A DNA stretch of 62,025 nucleotides, counting the filler, from Globobulimina sp. (lineage: Eukaryota), in the NCBI GenBank assembly GCA_003354225.1. It is 21 parts of 21 records of this genome, joined end to end, with 100 filler letters (N's around TTAATTAATTAA, not from the genome) between each part and the next. Parts side by side here need not be neighbours in the genome. Positions count along the whole stretch, not along the records: positions 47,345 to 50,201 come from PIVH01004602.1; positions 50,302 to 53,157 come from PIVH01004603.1; positions 53,258 to 56,113 come from PIVH01004604.1; positions 56,214 to 59,069 come from PIVH01004605.1; 17 more parts are not named here. The stretch is one strand, 5' to 3'. Positions within the stretch are counted from its first letter, which is position 1, and every line of letters starts with the position of its first letter. The translations under genes and the position numbers were made by a program. This document shows, piece after piece, positions 47,245 to 59,169 of this stretch. The notes under the pieces were generated by a model, which had not been told where the DNA came from, made no database searches, and saw nothing but the letters and a program-made list of their open reading frames with translations.

Positions 47245-47457
47245 NNNNNNNNNNNNNNNNNNNNNNNNNNNNNNNNNNNNNNNNNNNNTTAATTAATTAA
47301 NNNNNNNNNNNNNNNNNNNNNNNNNNNNNNNNNNNNNNNNNNNNCTAAAGCACTGCCTAAATATCCGTGTTCAGCGCACTGTGCTTCCTCCAACGGCAGA
47401 CTCTCATTTTTCTCCTTGCTATGTGGAAGTGGTGTCTTTTGAAATCGCTTCTTGTTG

Positions 47458-48045
47458 TATATGGCACCATCCATAAACCAAATACACCAATCGTGATTTT
47501 TTGTTGTATGCCGACTATGAAGAAGGAGATGCAAAATATGGATCTCTACTCTAAGTAAACAACATACCTGCAAACAAGGTTATTTATACATATTATTATG
47601 ACATCATCTTACATCGAGCATGCATAAATACAGCTTCTTTATAGCATTGATAAACGTATGGGGTATAATATTACCATATCTAAACTTTGCATATGTTGAT
47701 CGCAAAGTGAAAGCGGTAACCAGATGTTATCATTCAATCATGGACCAGCTTACTGAAACTTAGTGGAAATGAAACCATCTAGTTTCCGCTTCCACTTTGC
47801 GATCAACATATGCAAAGTTTAGATATGGAAATATCATACCCCATGAGTTTATCAATGATATAAAGAAACAGTATTTATACATCTTCGATTGTATGGTGAT
47901 GTCATAATAATATGTATAAATAACCTTGTTTGCAGGTATGTTGTTTACTTAGAGTAGAGATCCATATTTTGCATCTCCTTCTTCATAGTCGGTATACAAC
48001 AAAAAATCACGATTGGTGTATTTGGTTTATGGACGTTGCCATATA
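47458..48045. repeat. Long inverted repeat: arms of about 270 bp (47458-47726 / 47776-48045) around a 49-bp spacer
   Basis: Manual alignment of the arms gives about 19 differences. Confidence 0.93.
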
Positions 48046-48150
48046 AGGACATGTTTCTTGTTGTATATAAAAAACTACCTTCACTTTTTTTATTGAAACG
48101 GGATAAAAAAATCTCCCGAGTTTTTTTCACATAGATTAAGATATTACACA

Positions 48151-49155
48151 ATGCCATTTATTGTGCCGTTTGTGATGATACCAACATTTGAATTATTATT
48201 CCGTTTTATTACATTCAAATTTCGCAAATTGCCACATTTCTATGTTCTCGGTGCAGCCAAATGTGGTACAACCACATTAACTCATTTGTTGGATCAAATT
48301 GGCTGCAAAGGACCATTTTCAATGTGTAACCATTTTGTTTCATTCAATAAAGAGACGCAATATTTCTCCGGATATCACGGCGCGGCCTTAACAAAACCAA
48401 AATATTTCTCAATGTGCTTTCCACTGAAAATTATTCACAAATTATTTATGAAAAAAAGCATAAAATTTTATGATGCAACGCCTACTTATTTCTGGATCCA
48501 TATATTCATAAAAAAATATTTCTGGATGCCTACTTATTTCTGGATGCCATTCTGTGACACCAAATAGCAAAATAATTATTATGGTTCGAAATCCTATCCA
48601 TAGAACGCAATCAGAGCTGCAATTTTATGCTCATCAAATAGAAGAAATTGAAGAAATGGGATTTAAACCAATTGAGAGATATGCAATATTGAGCAAGCTA
48701 TCAAATGGTATCGTGATAATGATGAGATTGTAAACGAATATTTAAATGCAATGCAAACAATGGATATTAACGACAAAACGCCAGAATGTGCTGCAATGTT
48801 AGCAAGAATGTGTAGTGTACACAAAAGTATGTATTACCGACAGATTCAAAGATTACTAAAAACATTTAAGAAACAACAAATATTAATAATTGATGTGGAA
48901 GAATTAAATTTAAATTTATATGCAACATTAACAAAAATTGGTGACTTTATTGAATTAGATATCAATCAAAAAGATTTAGTGAAAATTTGTGAAAAAAATC
49001 AGTCCAAAGGTCGCAGAAATAAATCATTTATCAAATGGAAAATGTCAGAAAAGGAAGAATATGAATTATATAAAATATTTGAAAGTGGAAATGAGAAATT
49101 ATTTAAATGGTTAGGAAAAGACTTAGGATGGAACAACAAAAAAAAACACTTGTAA
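48151..49155 (+). pseudogene. Sulfotransferase (heparan 3-O/N-sulfotransferase-like) with two frame disruptions
   Basis: GAAKCGTT (5'-PSB), KETQYF and DATPTY; then KIIIMVRNPIHR (3'-PB) in a second frame and SMYYRQI..W in a third. Local duplication of cctacttatttctggat. Confidence 0.75.
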
Positions 49156-49352
49156 AATTTTTCATTATATCTAAACTTTTTTATTCAAACTTTTTTATTT
49201 GGTTTCTTTGTTAAATATGATTGTGTTTCCGCTGTATCTTGATAATGTATACAATTTCAAAAGAAAAGCGTTTCAAACAGCTCCTATTCTAAAGTACGTA
49301 ATCATAATCGCATAAATAGAATTATAGAAACTAAAAATAAAGTGATAAATCA

Positions 49353-49766
49353 ATGCAAATGCAATTCAAAGAGCATCAAATATCTCGTGCCCCAGGGAAT
49401 GATTGGAAGCTTAAGCGAGAAAACCAAAATCAGATTGCAAATACAACGACATCTCACGATTTAACAATAAAAATAAAATTACAAACTAATATGTTTGATC
49501 ATAATCTCTTTCACATTGAATTATTGCACCCAGATATCAGAGAATGTCCTCATCGAATTAATTCGCCAACAAAAGTGTCAAGTCATTCATCATCTGCTTG
49601 GCTACATTTCCGTCACCGTCAAAATAGGGCATGTCTCCGATGCCATAAAGTCAAAAAGAAATGCGTTCGTTATAGAGGTGTAAATAAATGCATTGGATGT
49701 ATCGAACGAGGGATTGAATGTATTTCCCGTCAAGATGGGCGTTCAAATCGTGTGCGTAAATATTAA
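49353..49766 (+). CDS. Zn(II)2Cys6 (Gal4-type) domain protein
   Basis: RACLRCHKVKKKC-x8-CIGCIERGIEC. Confidence 0.75.
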   Translation: MQMQFKEHQISRAPGNDWKLKRENQNQIANTTTSHDLTIKIKLQTNMFDHNLFHIELLHPDIRECPHRINSPTKVSSHSSSAWLHFRHRQNRACLRCHKVKKKCVRYRGVNKCIGCIERGIECISRQDGRSNRVRKY

Positions 49767-50301
49767 TTCCATAGTAATAATTAATTAATTGTTTCTTACA
49801 ATGCTTAATTAAATTCTTTTTAGTAGTTAAACATTTAAACTGTTTTGGATGACTAGCTCACTTCGAGAAAACTTCAATATCCAAGATCTCACGTTAGACT
49901 TACAAAATATTTTGATTTTTAATTATTATTTAATGCACAAGTTTTCAATATAAAATGCAAATATCCTGAACCCCCGCGAGATGTCCGAATTTTTCGAATA
50001 AACCATCTTACCATCATCGATAATAACTAGTCAAAGTACAGAAAAAAAACTTTTAACTTATTTGTATTCATCAGAAACAATCGAGGCTGGGCGTTCTAAA
50101 TAGTTACAAAAATAGTTACACTAACTATTTAGTAACTATTTAGTAACTAATTAGTAACTATTTCCGTACTTTGATAAATGTTAAAAGATGGAAGAAACAA
50201 ANNNNNNNNNNNNNNNNNNNNNNNNNNNNNNNNNNNNNNNNNNNNTTAATTAATTAANNNNNNNNNNNNNNNNNNNNNNNNNNNNNNNNNNNNNNNNNNN
50301 N

Positions 50302-51714
50302 GCTTTTATTCCTGTTCCTGTTACGGTTTCTCGATCTGCTCCGACTGCGGCTACTGCTGCCACTGCTGCTGCTACGCGACCGCGACGACGACCCACTGCC
50401 GCTATCACTGCGGTTCCGCCGTTGGGGCTGTACGCCTCTACGCCGCGACGCTCTCTTCCTATACGACCGGTCCATAGATTCGCTCTCATCTTCCTCACTC
50501 TCACTACTCTCACTCGTTTGCTATACGTGTTTTTATGTATAATATACTCCGATTTCGCACTGTATACAAAATATACATAACTCGCTGCGGTCGCTTGCCG
50601 TACGTTCTCTTCCTCGACTTTTGTATGGTGGTTGACGTCGTTTTTGTGTGTGTGATTGTGGTGGAGGTGGTGGTCGATTTTCGTGGGCGGCCCGGTCCTC
50701 GTTTCACTTTGGCGGTTTTTGGAGCGTTGTTGGTATTTTTCCTCGGTCGGCCTGGTCCTCTTTTCTTTACCGGCGCCGTTAATGGGTAATTGCGGGTTTT
50801 CTTAGGTCGCCCACGTGACCGTTTGGGAGTGGATCCGGTGTCATTTTGGGCTAAGGCCCTATCGACCTTTTCCTGTAAGTCTCGCTCTTCTTTTTTATGT
50901 AATCGCTGTTGTTGACGGCCTATTTTTTTCGCCACACGCGCGAATTTCTTGCGTTTACGAACGCTGCCTCTCAGCGCTGACGACGGTGCTTCGTATTCGC
51001 TGCCATCGGCACTGCTGTTTTCTTCGCGCTCTGCCTCTGCCTCGGCCTCTTCGTCGAGCACTGTTATAATCATTTTGTATGTTTTGTATGTCATAATATT
51101 TATACAACAACGAATTGGATTTATGATAAATGTGTATAACTTCTGGCAAAATCTGAGGGGATTTCAGACGATTCGTTGTCTTCGGATTGCGATGATTGAT
51201 CGTCATTGCTTTCGGAGGGAGACTGAGATTGCGATTGTGAGTAAGATTGCGAGTCATCGTCTTGTGAGGATTGGTCGTCATCATCTTCGGTTTGTTGTTT
51301 TTGACGAATACGTGCGGATCGTCTCAATTTTGTGGGTTTTTGCTTTTTATTGATATTGGTTGATTTGGCAGCGCCTTTTTTGAAATATACATCGAATGCT
51401 TTATTTTGACCGATTTGGTCGATTAATTTGAATAATTTCATGTTTAATGAGTAATGTTTACTTTGTTTGTTGTATAATAACCAGCCTTGTTCTGCACCGT
51501 TTTTTATGGTAACAGTTAATGTTTCCATCCATGTATTGGATAAGTTGTTATAATTGGTTTTAAAATATTGTTTGATGTCGAAAATATTTAAACCGACACT
51601 GTGGGCTGCTTTGCGAGGACTGGGACTTTGTTTCATATGGATCAATGCCGCCCCTATGCCTCGTTTGTAGGATGGCATTCTTATTTTCCTTATTTTCCTT
51701 TTTTGAGTTGACAT
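50302..51714 (-). CDS. Linker-histone (H15/GH1-like) domain + AT-hooks + Ser/Arg-rich protein, multi-exon (3' truncated)
   Basis: PSYKRGIGAAL..G....DIKQYFKTNY..IKNGAEQGWL..YSL; RGRPKK, PGRPRK x2; RSRSRSR. Confidence 0.7.
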
Positions 51715-51776
51715 GGTTTCACAGTTCTTGTTTTTATAAATAGATCTTTTCAAATATAGTGGTCTGAGCTAAAATC

Positions 51777-53157
51777 ATGCTGAAACCAAGAAGTACACGG
51801 CGTGTTACAATATCTAAACTGCAGTCACGTCCACATTCATCTCATATGTCATCTTCATCTCCGCCATTAACATCATTAGCATGCATTAAACAATCGCTAA
51901 TGATTGGATTTGGTGCATGGTTTATGATATGCATTATTTACTACCTATTTGTTATCATAACATCAAAACCTAACAATGCATCCAAACCAACGATACATCC
52001 AACATTAAAATCTAAATACAATACAATGATTGATAATAGCTATCGAACCACACAAAAGCAATCAAAACCAGACACTCCGCAACCAAATGGAATTAAAAAC
52101 CCGTTAACCTTTGAATATAAATACGGACACCCAACCAAACGAGATATGGAGAATCCATGTATTGTCATATTGACATATAACCGGCCAAATCAATTGTTAC
52201 GCACTGTCAACTCATTATTATCAATTGAAGGCGTAACATCATATAAAATATACATATCGCAAGATGGCTACATGCAGTCCGCCACAAATATGATCCAAAA
52301 CACAATTGGTGCCATACCTTACCAACAACCAGCAAATCATTCAAAGGACAGAACAGTTATAAAGCATATAGTTCATACACAGGCCAATTATGTCCGCGAT
52401 CCCACCGCAAAATTGGCAATCCATTATAAATTTATGTTTGATATAATATTTAACGAATTGCAGCATTCACACGCCATTATATTGGAAGATGACATGGTTT
52501 TCAGCGCTGATTTTCTAGAGTACTTTGCCGCCACTGTCCACTTATTAAATGATGCTGGAAACGATTTATTTTGCATCTCCTCCTGGAATGACTATGGGCA
52601 AACCTTCTTAGATCATGACCAGAAGGCATTGTTCCGCAGCGATTACTTCCCCGGTTTGGGATGGTTGTTAAAGAGAGCATTATGGGAAGAGATTCAACAT
52701 ATATTCCCCGATGACCATTGGGATCATTTTATGAGAATGGATATTGTCACAAAAGAGAGAGATTGTATCTATCCGGATATATCTCGCAATTATAATATCG
52801 GTGAGATTGGCAGTACGATGGATGGTGAATGGTATAATAAGTATTTACGTCCAATGCAATTTGATGAAACGCTGCGAATTGAGTTTGGAGAGTTAGATTT
52901 ATCATATTTAGAAAAAAGAAACTATGAAAAATATATGATTGATATGTTTGAAAATAAAGCCAAATTTGTTGGTATATTTCCAAGGGACCGGCAATTGATA
53001 TATCAACAAATAAATACTCCAAATATTAATAAGTATGGTAGTTGTTTGTTGATTGCATATTATGGCTATAATTGGCAGCAAATTGCAAATAGAATTGGCG
53101 TGGTAGAAACACAAAGAACCAAACATAAAAATACAATTGTGATTAAAAAGAATAATG
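51777..53157 (+). CDS. GT13 N-acetylglucosaminyltransferase (GnT-I/MGAT1-POMGNT1 family; 3' truncated)
   Basis: Type II TM; YNRP, ISQDG, ILEDD, CISSWND, RSDYFPGLGW. Confidence 0.93.
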
Positions 53158-53874
53158 NNNNNNNNNNNNNNNNNNNNNNNNNNNNNNNNNNNNNNNNNNN
53201 NTTAATTAATTAANNNNNNNNNNNNNNNNNNNNNNNNNNNNNNNNNNNNNNNNNNNNACTCTAGCTGACCCAAAAACCTTGCCAATCACAAAAGAAGTGT
53301 TTAGAAGTTTAAGCCTAAAAAGTCAATTATCTGCAAACATCAAACCCATCTTTCTAACTTTCACTTTTTTATAAATTGTATCTGTCACATTCCATAACAT
53401 CATAACAAGTGCAAGATTAATATGGATGCACAATTAGCATTTTATTCAGTTACATTTTTCCTTTATTTAATGTATTAAACTGGTCATTCATGATAATGTG
53501 GATGATAACAATTCAATTAAAACTCTTGAGGAAATCAAAACTAATCATGGAGCTATCACAACCAACCTCAACACAGCATATTTGATGAGACCAAATCACA
53601 ACAACCACCCGTCAAAAAGCGTAAACTGAATAATGATAAGCAACCATCCACACCGCCACATCATTGGAACCCGCCCAAAGCAATAACTCCCCACAATCGC
53701 CATTAGTCATGAAAATACCCAAAATGTTGAATGGAAAAACGCCACAAAATGAAACGTTGACCGATTCCCACAAAACAAAGAAATCAAGATTTAAACGTGC
53801 TGTTGGCTTGAAATCCAAACCAAACAAATCTCAACAAAGCCTTGATTTCAATGAGTTATTCCCGGTGGAAAAAT

Positions 53875-56091
53875 TTAAACAAATTTATATTTCTCTTTTA
53901 GCGCAACAATTTGTGGCAAATGACAAATATCGCCATCCATTGAGTATATTCCTTCGATGACAATCAATATTTTGCTGTACTTTTGTTCCAAAATTGATTC
54001 AACTATAATTTGTTCCAAATGTTGCACATTATTATGCTCAAATATTTTGGTTTTGGCATCACTGCATTTTGCACCAAAAATGATGGAATTATGATTCGAA
54101 GCATCTGAAATAATCAAATTGTCATTTCCCTGCATCAACGAATGTATCACAGCTAAATTGGTGGCCCAGCCCGAGCCAAATATCATTGACTCTCTGTTAT
54201 CATCAATGTCATTTCCATTCATTTTTGAAATGAAATTTGAAATGTTTTTTTCCAACATTTTGTGAATTGCTGTGGTACCACAATATGGTGCTGTTGTGGT
54301 GCAACACCCATAATCATCAATTGATGATAGTATATCTTTTTGAGCGGTTTTGTTGTCTGCAAATCCTGAATAACCAAACGAGCCAACATTCAAACATTCT
54401 TTCTTGTATTCTGCCAAATAAATTTTGCTGCCACCATTGGAGCTCACCACTCGTTGCAAAACATCTAAAATGGGATATATGACTCTATAAACCCAGAAAT
54501 TCACAAAAACTCCATTGAAATTTAAAACGTGATTTTTTTTTATGTCATCATTAACTGCACCATTTTTGTAACAATTATCGCACCATTTTCTGAATACAAA
54601 TGTTACCACACTCCAATAAAAACTTACTTTCATTTTCCACGGTATAACGTATCTCATCCCACGTCTTATAGTTATTGGTTGTTGCAATTGTTTTGCTTTT
54701 GAACGTACATTTTGTTCAATATTATTCTCATCATATTCATATTGAGCATGCATTTTATTATCAATAATAATATCATCAATTCGCTCATTTAGTAAATTTG
54801 TAATAATATGGACAGATTTTCGTATCTCATCAGTTGTATGCAATGTGGAAACACACATTTTTAGACTTGGTGTTATTTTATCATTTTTGTGAGGAAACGG
54901 TGAATAGCCAGGAGATAACCAAACACATTCTTCTTTTGCCATTTTGCACAGTTTCTCAATGTATTTTAAATGTAATCTGTCATTTTTAATATTTTGTCGT
55001 CTTAAATGAATTAACGGAGAATCATTAATATCTCCCTCTAAATACCAATCATTTGGAATCTTTTCTTGCAATAACTTTCTCATCAAATTTGTGTTATTTT
55101 TTAATTTCTGACAATAATTATCCCCATTTAATGACAATAAATGTAACGCAGTTTGCGCCACAACACAACTAAATGGCGGTGCTGATGCCGAGAACACATA
55201 ACCAAAAGATGTGAATCTTTGAAATAAATCCAACTCTTTGTCAGCAATACAAAAACCACCGGTACTGCCCAATGCAGTCTCCATCGAAGAGAAATACAGA
55301 TCGACATCGGATATATCGATGTTATGATAGCCAATGGATCCCAATGGATGAATAGCTCCAAAACTGTGGCTGTCATCAACTATTAAAAAATATTTACAAA
55401 TTCTATTTTTAATGATATCTACAATTTCTTTTAATGGACAAATATCACCGAAATTATAAAATATTCCTTCTGTAATAATAAAACGTTGCTTGTATTTTTG
55501 ATATTTTTTATTATTTTCAATTTCATTCAAACATTGCTTCAACGAATGTATGTCGTTGTGTTTATAATAAATGATGTTTGATTTTGATTGCAATGAACCT
55601 AATTCGATTAAAAAATGGCAGGCATCATCAATAATCAATAGATCTTCTTTTGTGGCAAACGCCGATATTATGGAGACTGCTAAACTAATATAATCGGAAT
55701 AGATAACTGCGGTTTTATTCTTGTCCCCAAAATACGCAGCTAGTGCTAGTTCCAAATTCTTGTGAGCATCCATTGTCCCATAGAAATTTCTAGCACTGCA
55801 ACTGCCGACATTGTATTTCGAAATTGCAGTTTTTGCGGCATTCTTTACCCTTTCATGAGTTGCTAAACCTGAATAATTACAACTTAATAAATTAATAAAT
55901 GACGCCTTCGAATTCTGATCATTTTTGCTGACGACAATGGGTTGATATTCATCAAATGTTTGTGCTTGGTTTTGATCATTTTGATGTAATGGTTTTGGTT
56001 TCCATTTTTTAAGTATTTGTTGCTTATTTTTTGGCTCTTTTTGTTTTTCTTTTTTGTTTCTGGATTTGAAACAGTAACAAATGAAACACAC
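53875..56091 (-). CDS. Single-chain serine palmitoyltransferase: LCB1-like half followed by LCB2-like half (5' exon missing; LCB2 half incomplete)
   Basis: LCB1: WKPKPL, GSCSARNFYGT, SMETALGSTGG, YVFSASAPP. LCB2: FVNFW..ILDVLQR, LNVGSFGYSGFA, GWATN, SDASNHNS, IEGIYSMDG. Confidence 0.9.
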   Translation of the reverse strand: MCFICYCFKSRNKKEKQKEPKNKQQILKKWKPKPLHQNDQNQAQTFDEYQPIVVSKNDQNSKASFINLLSCNYSGLATHERVKNAAKTAISKYNVGSCSARNFYGTMDAHKNLELALAAYFGDKNKTAVIYSDYISLAVSIISAFATKEDLLIIDDACHFLIELGSLQSKSNIIYYKHNDIHSLKQCLNEIENNKKYQKYKQRFIITEGIFYNFGDICPLKEIVDIIKNRICKYFLIVDDSHSFGAIHPLGSIGYHNIDISDVDLYFSSMETALGSTGGFCIADKELDLFQRFTSFGYVFSASAPPFSCVVAQTALHLLSLNGDNYCQKLKNNTNLMRKLLQEKIPNDWYLEGDINDSPLIHLRRQNIKNDRLHLKYIEKLCKMAKEECVWLSPGYSPFPHKNDKITPSLKMCVSTLHTTDEIRKSVHIITNLLNERIDDIIIDNKMHAQYEYDENNIEQNVRSKAKQLQQPITIRRGMRYVIPWKMKVSFYWSVVTFVFRKWCDNCYKNGAVNDDIKKNHVLNFNGVFVNFWVYRVIYPILDVLQRVVSSNGGSKIYLAEYKKECLNVGSFGYSGFADNKTAQKDILSSIDDYGCCTTTAPYCGTTAIHKMLEKNISNFISKMNGNDIDDNRESMIFGSGWATNLAVIHSLMQGNDNLIISDASNHNSIIFGAKCSDAKTKIFEHNNVQHLEQIIVESILEQKYSKILIVIEGIYSMDGDICHLPQIVALKEKYKFV

Positions 56092-56427
56092 TGAAATTAC
56101 AGCACAAGAAATANNNNNNNNNNNNNNNNNNNNNNNNNNNNNNNNNNNNNNNNNNNNTTAATTAATTAANNNNNNNNNNNNNNNNNNNNNNNNNNNNNNN
56201 NNNNNNNNNNNNNATTGTCTATTGTTAGTAATCAGTGGCCTTAAACAATTCGAAAGGTCCTTACTAGATACACGAAATGCTTGTTTGTTTGTAAATTTTA
56301 TCTATGAAAAACGTCAAGACATATTACATAGACAGGTGAAATGAACTGCCTAGACAGATACGAGCATTTCACCCTAAGACTAGATAAACACAAGACCCTA
56401 CACACAGTATGACAATAAAATAATAAA

Positions 56428-59069
56428 CTATAACCTACTTATGTCGAGTAAAAACATTGCGTCATTAACAAAATTCTGTGACTTAACAAATCGGGTAAAT
56501 GTGCTAATATTGGCATGAATAATATCATCATTTAAATGGTTCCATAAATTACTGGCTACATACAGAAAAGACTTTTTGTTTCTAATCGGACCTGAATGAT
56601 ATGATGGTAACATAACAGTTAAAGAATGATTTGTACGACTACTACGTCTAGTATTACATACATTGACAGAAACGATACAACCCTGTGGTAAGTACCGAAA
56701 TAAGTGAATATAACGGTACATCAAAAGGCAACGACGCTCACACACAAACCGTGACACAGATTTCCATTTAAGAGTACATAACATATCTGAATATGAAACA
56801 TTATACCGATTTAATGATAATTTAGCTGCATAACACTGAAGTCGCTCTAATCTTAATTGATCAGTTACATTTGTAGGATATGTAACCGAGCATGCATACA
56901 AAACTGATGGTTTAATAACTAGTTCATAAACTTTGCGTATAACATGAGGAAATTTGTGGCCAATAGTACGACGGAGTGCTCCTAGGGCAGACTTAGCAGC
57001 TGCTACCTTTTTGTTGGTATGTGAGCTAAAGGACAATCTGCGATCTAGAAGCACTCCGAGGTACTTAACTTCCTCTACACATGCAACAATAACATCCCCA
57101 ATTGATAGTTCAGGGGTAAATGGTGTAGGGGCCGGACCGGGAGCAACCGAAAATATCATATACTGAGTTTTACCAATATTGAGGGTTAACCCCAAATCAG
57201 CAAAAGCTGCAGCAACGACACTCAGGTCACTCCTGATCCGACCCTCAGACTGACTATTGAGCAAAGGGCACACATAACATAAATCATCCGCGAAACCGAC
57301 TAAGTGTGCATCAGGCGATAATTTAGACTGAAGAACAGAGTTAACATATGCAACAAATAACACAGGTGACAAGACACCACCCTGTGGGGTGCCACTTAAT
57401 ACAGTACGTGTACTAGAGAGTTGGCCACCAACTCTAACTGATTGAGTTCTATCAAATAATAAAGATTTTAGTACACAAAGCAAATAAGATGGTAAATTAT
57501 ATGTATGTTCTAAACATGTTAATAACCTCCCTAATGGTACAGTATCAAATGCTGCACTTACATCAAAGAAAATCGCACATGTTTCTGTTCTTTTTCCTTT
57601 GCACTTTTCAAACCCATCGCAAATTAACTTTTCAAAATAGACCAGAGCATCCTCTGTGGACCGGCCACTTCTGAATCCAAATTGACTGTCAAACAACAGA
57701 GGGCCAAGGTATGGTAGCAGCAATTTTAATAAATGTTTTTCCAATATTTTGGCAAGGAATGGCAACAAACTGATTGGACGATAGTCTTTGGGCAAAGTTG
57801 ACCCTGATATTTTTGGTATAGGAACCACAATTGCATGTTTCCATGATGATGGAATTTTTCCTTCGACTAAACAGCGATTGATAAGTATAGCCATTGTTGG
57901 GGCCAAGATAGCAGCTGCCTCTTTTAGCAATCGAATGGGAATGTTGTCATGACCCGGTGCTTTGTTTTCAGGTATTTTCATTATCTCCTCATATACGAAT
58001 TCTGCCTCACACATCCACTCTGGTTCTAGTTCAGGAGGTGGTACTGTATGCGGGGGTGGCCCATCCTGTGTATTCCATTTAGTGTCATAATGATCGGCAA
58101 TGACATTAGCTTTCCCAACATTATCGAATATTGGTACATTATCAACAGATAATGTCGGAATAGTAGCAGGGGGTCCTTTAGTCACATTTCTAATCGATTT
58201 CCAAAATTCTTTTGGTGACTTGCAATTTTGGAATAAATCAGTATAATGAGATAGTTTAGCAGACTTTACCTCCTTTTCCACCCTCTTTTTCAAACGTCTA
58301 GCATAACGACTTTTGTTAACATCATTTGGGTTGTGATCGGCGGCAGCTTGTGAATTGTTCTTTCTTCTAATCAGTTGTTTGAGGGGTTTCTTTAGCCATG
58401 ACTTAGAGGGGTCCAATTTTATTGTTTTTTGGGGGACATTTGCAGTAGCAGTTGTTAAGATCGAAGTTGTTAAAATTTCAGCTGCTTCATCGATGGTAGA
58501 TGCATTTGAAATCTTTTCTGACAAATGTTGGTCGGCCAATTGTTGTCGATAAGAAGTCCAATCAGCGCGTTTATACACCCAAACTGTACGTGAAATAACA
58601 ATGGCTTTCGGCGCGATAAAAGGTAAAATCACCCATAACATACGATGGTATTTTTCTATGCATCCGGAAGTACCCCAGGAGGGTGATGGCCAACAACATG
58701 GGACTAGAATATGATCAATAGCTGATGAACTTCTAGGAAGAATATGTGTTGGTAGATTAACAATTTGGTCCAGTTCATAATTATGACAAAAATAAGTATA
58801 GTCCTCTTCTATTTTCATCGAGTCAATGTTCGTATCACCCATGATAACAAGACGTTGCCTTTGATGGGCTAGATCAACAATAAATTCAGACAACAGGTCG
58901 AGAAAGTCTGATTTACTTTGAACATTCGGCGATCGATAGACTGAGGCAATAATGAGAGATTTTCGTCCATTATGAACTTCTACAGCAACTAGTTCAAGAC
59001 CAGTAGGTGTTCGTCGGGGTGCCAACTTTCGGGGGTTTAGGTCAGATCGCACAAATAAACCAACACCAC
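56428..59069 (-). mobile_element. LINE retrotransposon ORF2 (APE endonuclease + RT), uninterrupted, 5' truncated by contig edge
   Basis: SVYRSP, MGDTN, AIDHI; KAPGHDNI, YRPISLL, QFGFR, DVSAAFD, GTPQGGVLSP, FADD, KYLGV. Confidence 0.96.
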
Positions 59070-59169
59070 NNNNNNNNNNNNNNNNNNNNNNNNNNNNNNN
59101 NNNNNNNNNNNNNTTAATTAATTAANNNNNNNNNNNNNNNNNNNNNNNNNNNNNNNNNNNNNNNNNNNN

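Noticed and set aside
47367-48157. Twin small ORFs ending KKEMQNMDLYSK on opposite strands
   Set aside because: By-products of the inverted repeat; no coding evidence.
50097-50163. TAGTAACTATT tandem/inverted repeats
   Set aside because: Short AT-rich minisatellite with no further support.
26640-56091. Apparent sphingolipid cluster (TLC protein, ceramide synthase, SPT)
   Set aside because: The genes lie on different, unlinked contigs; co-occurrence carries no synteny information.
2862-59169. Regularly spaced TTAATTAATTAA motif flanked by Ns, superficially an array
   Set aside because: Artificial contig-joining linker; the ORF ends '...XXXLIN' are artefacts of it.
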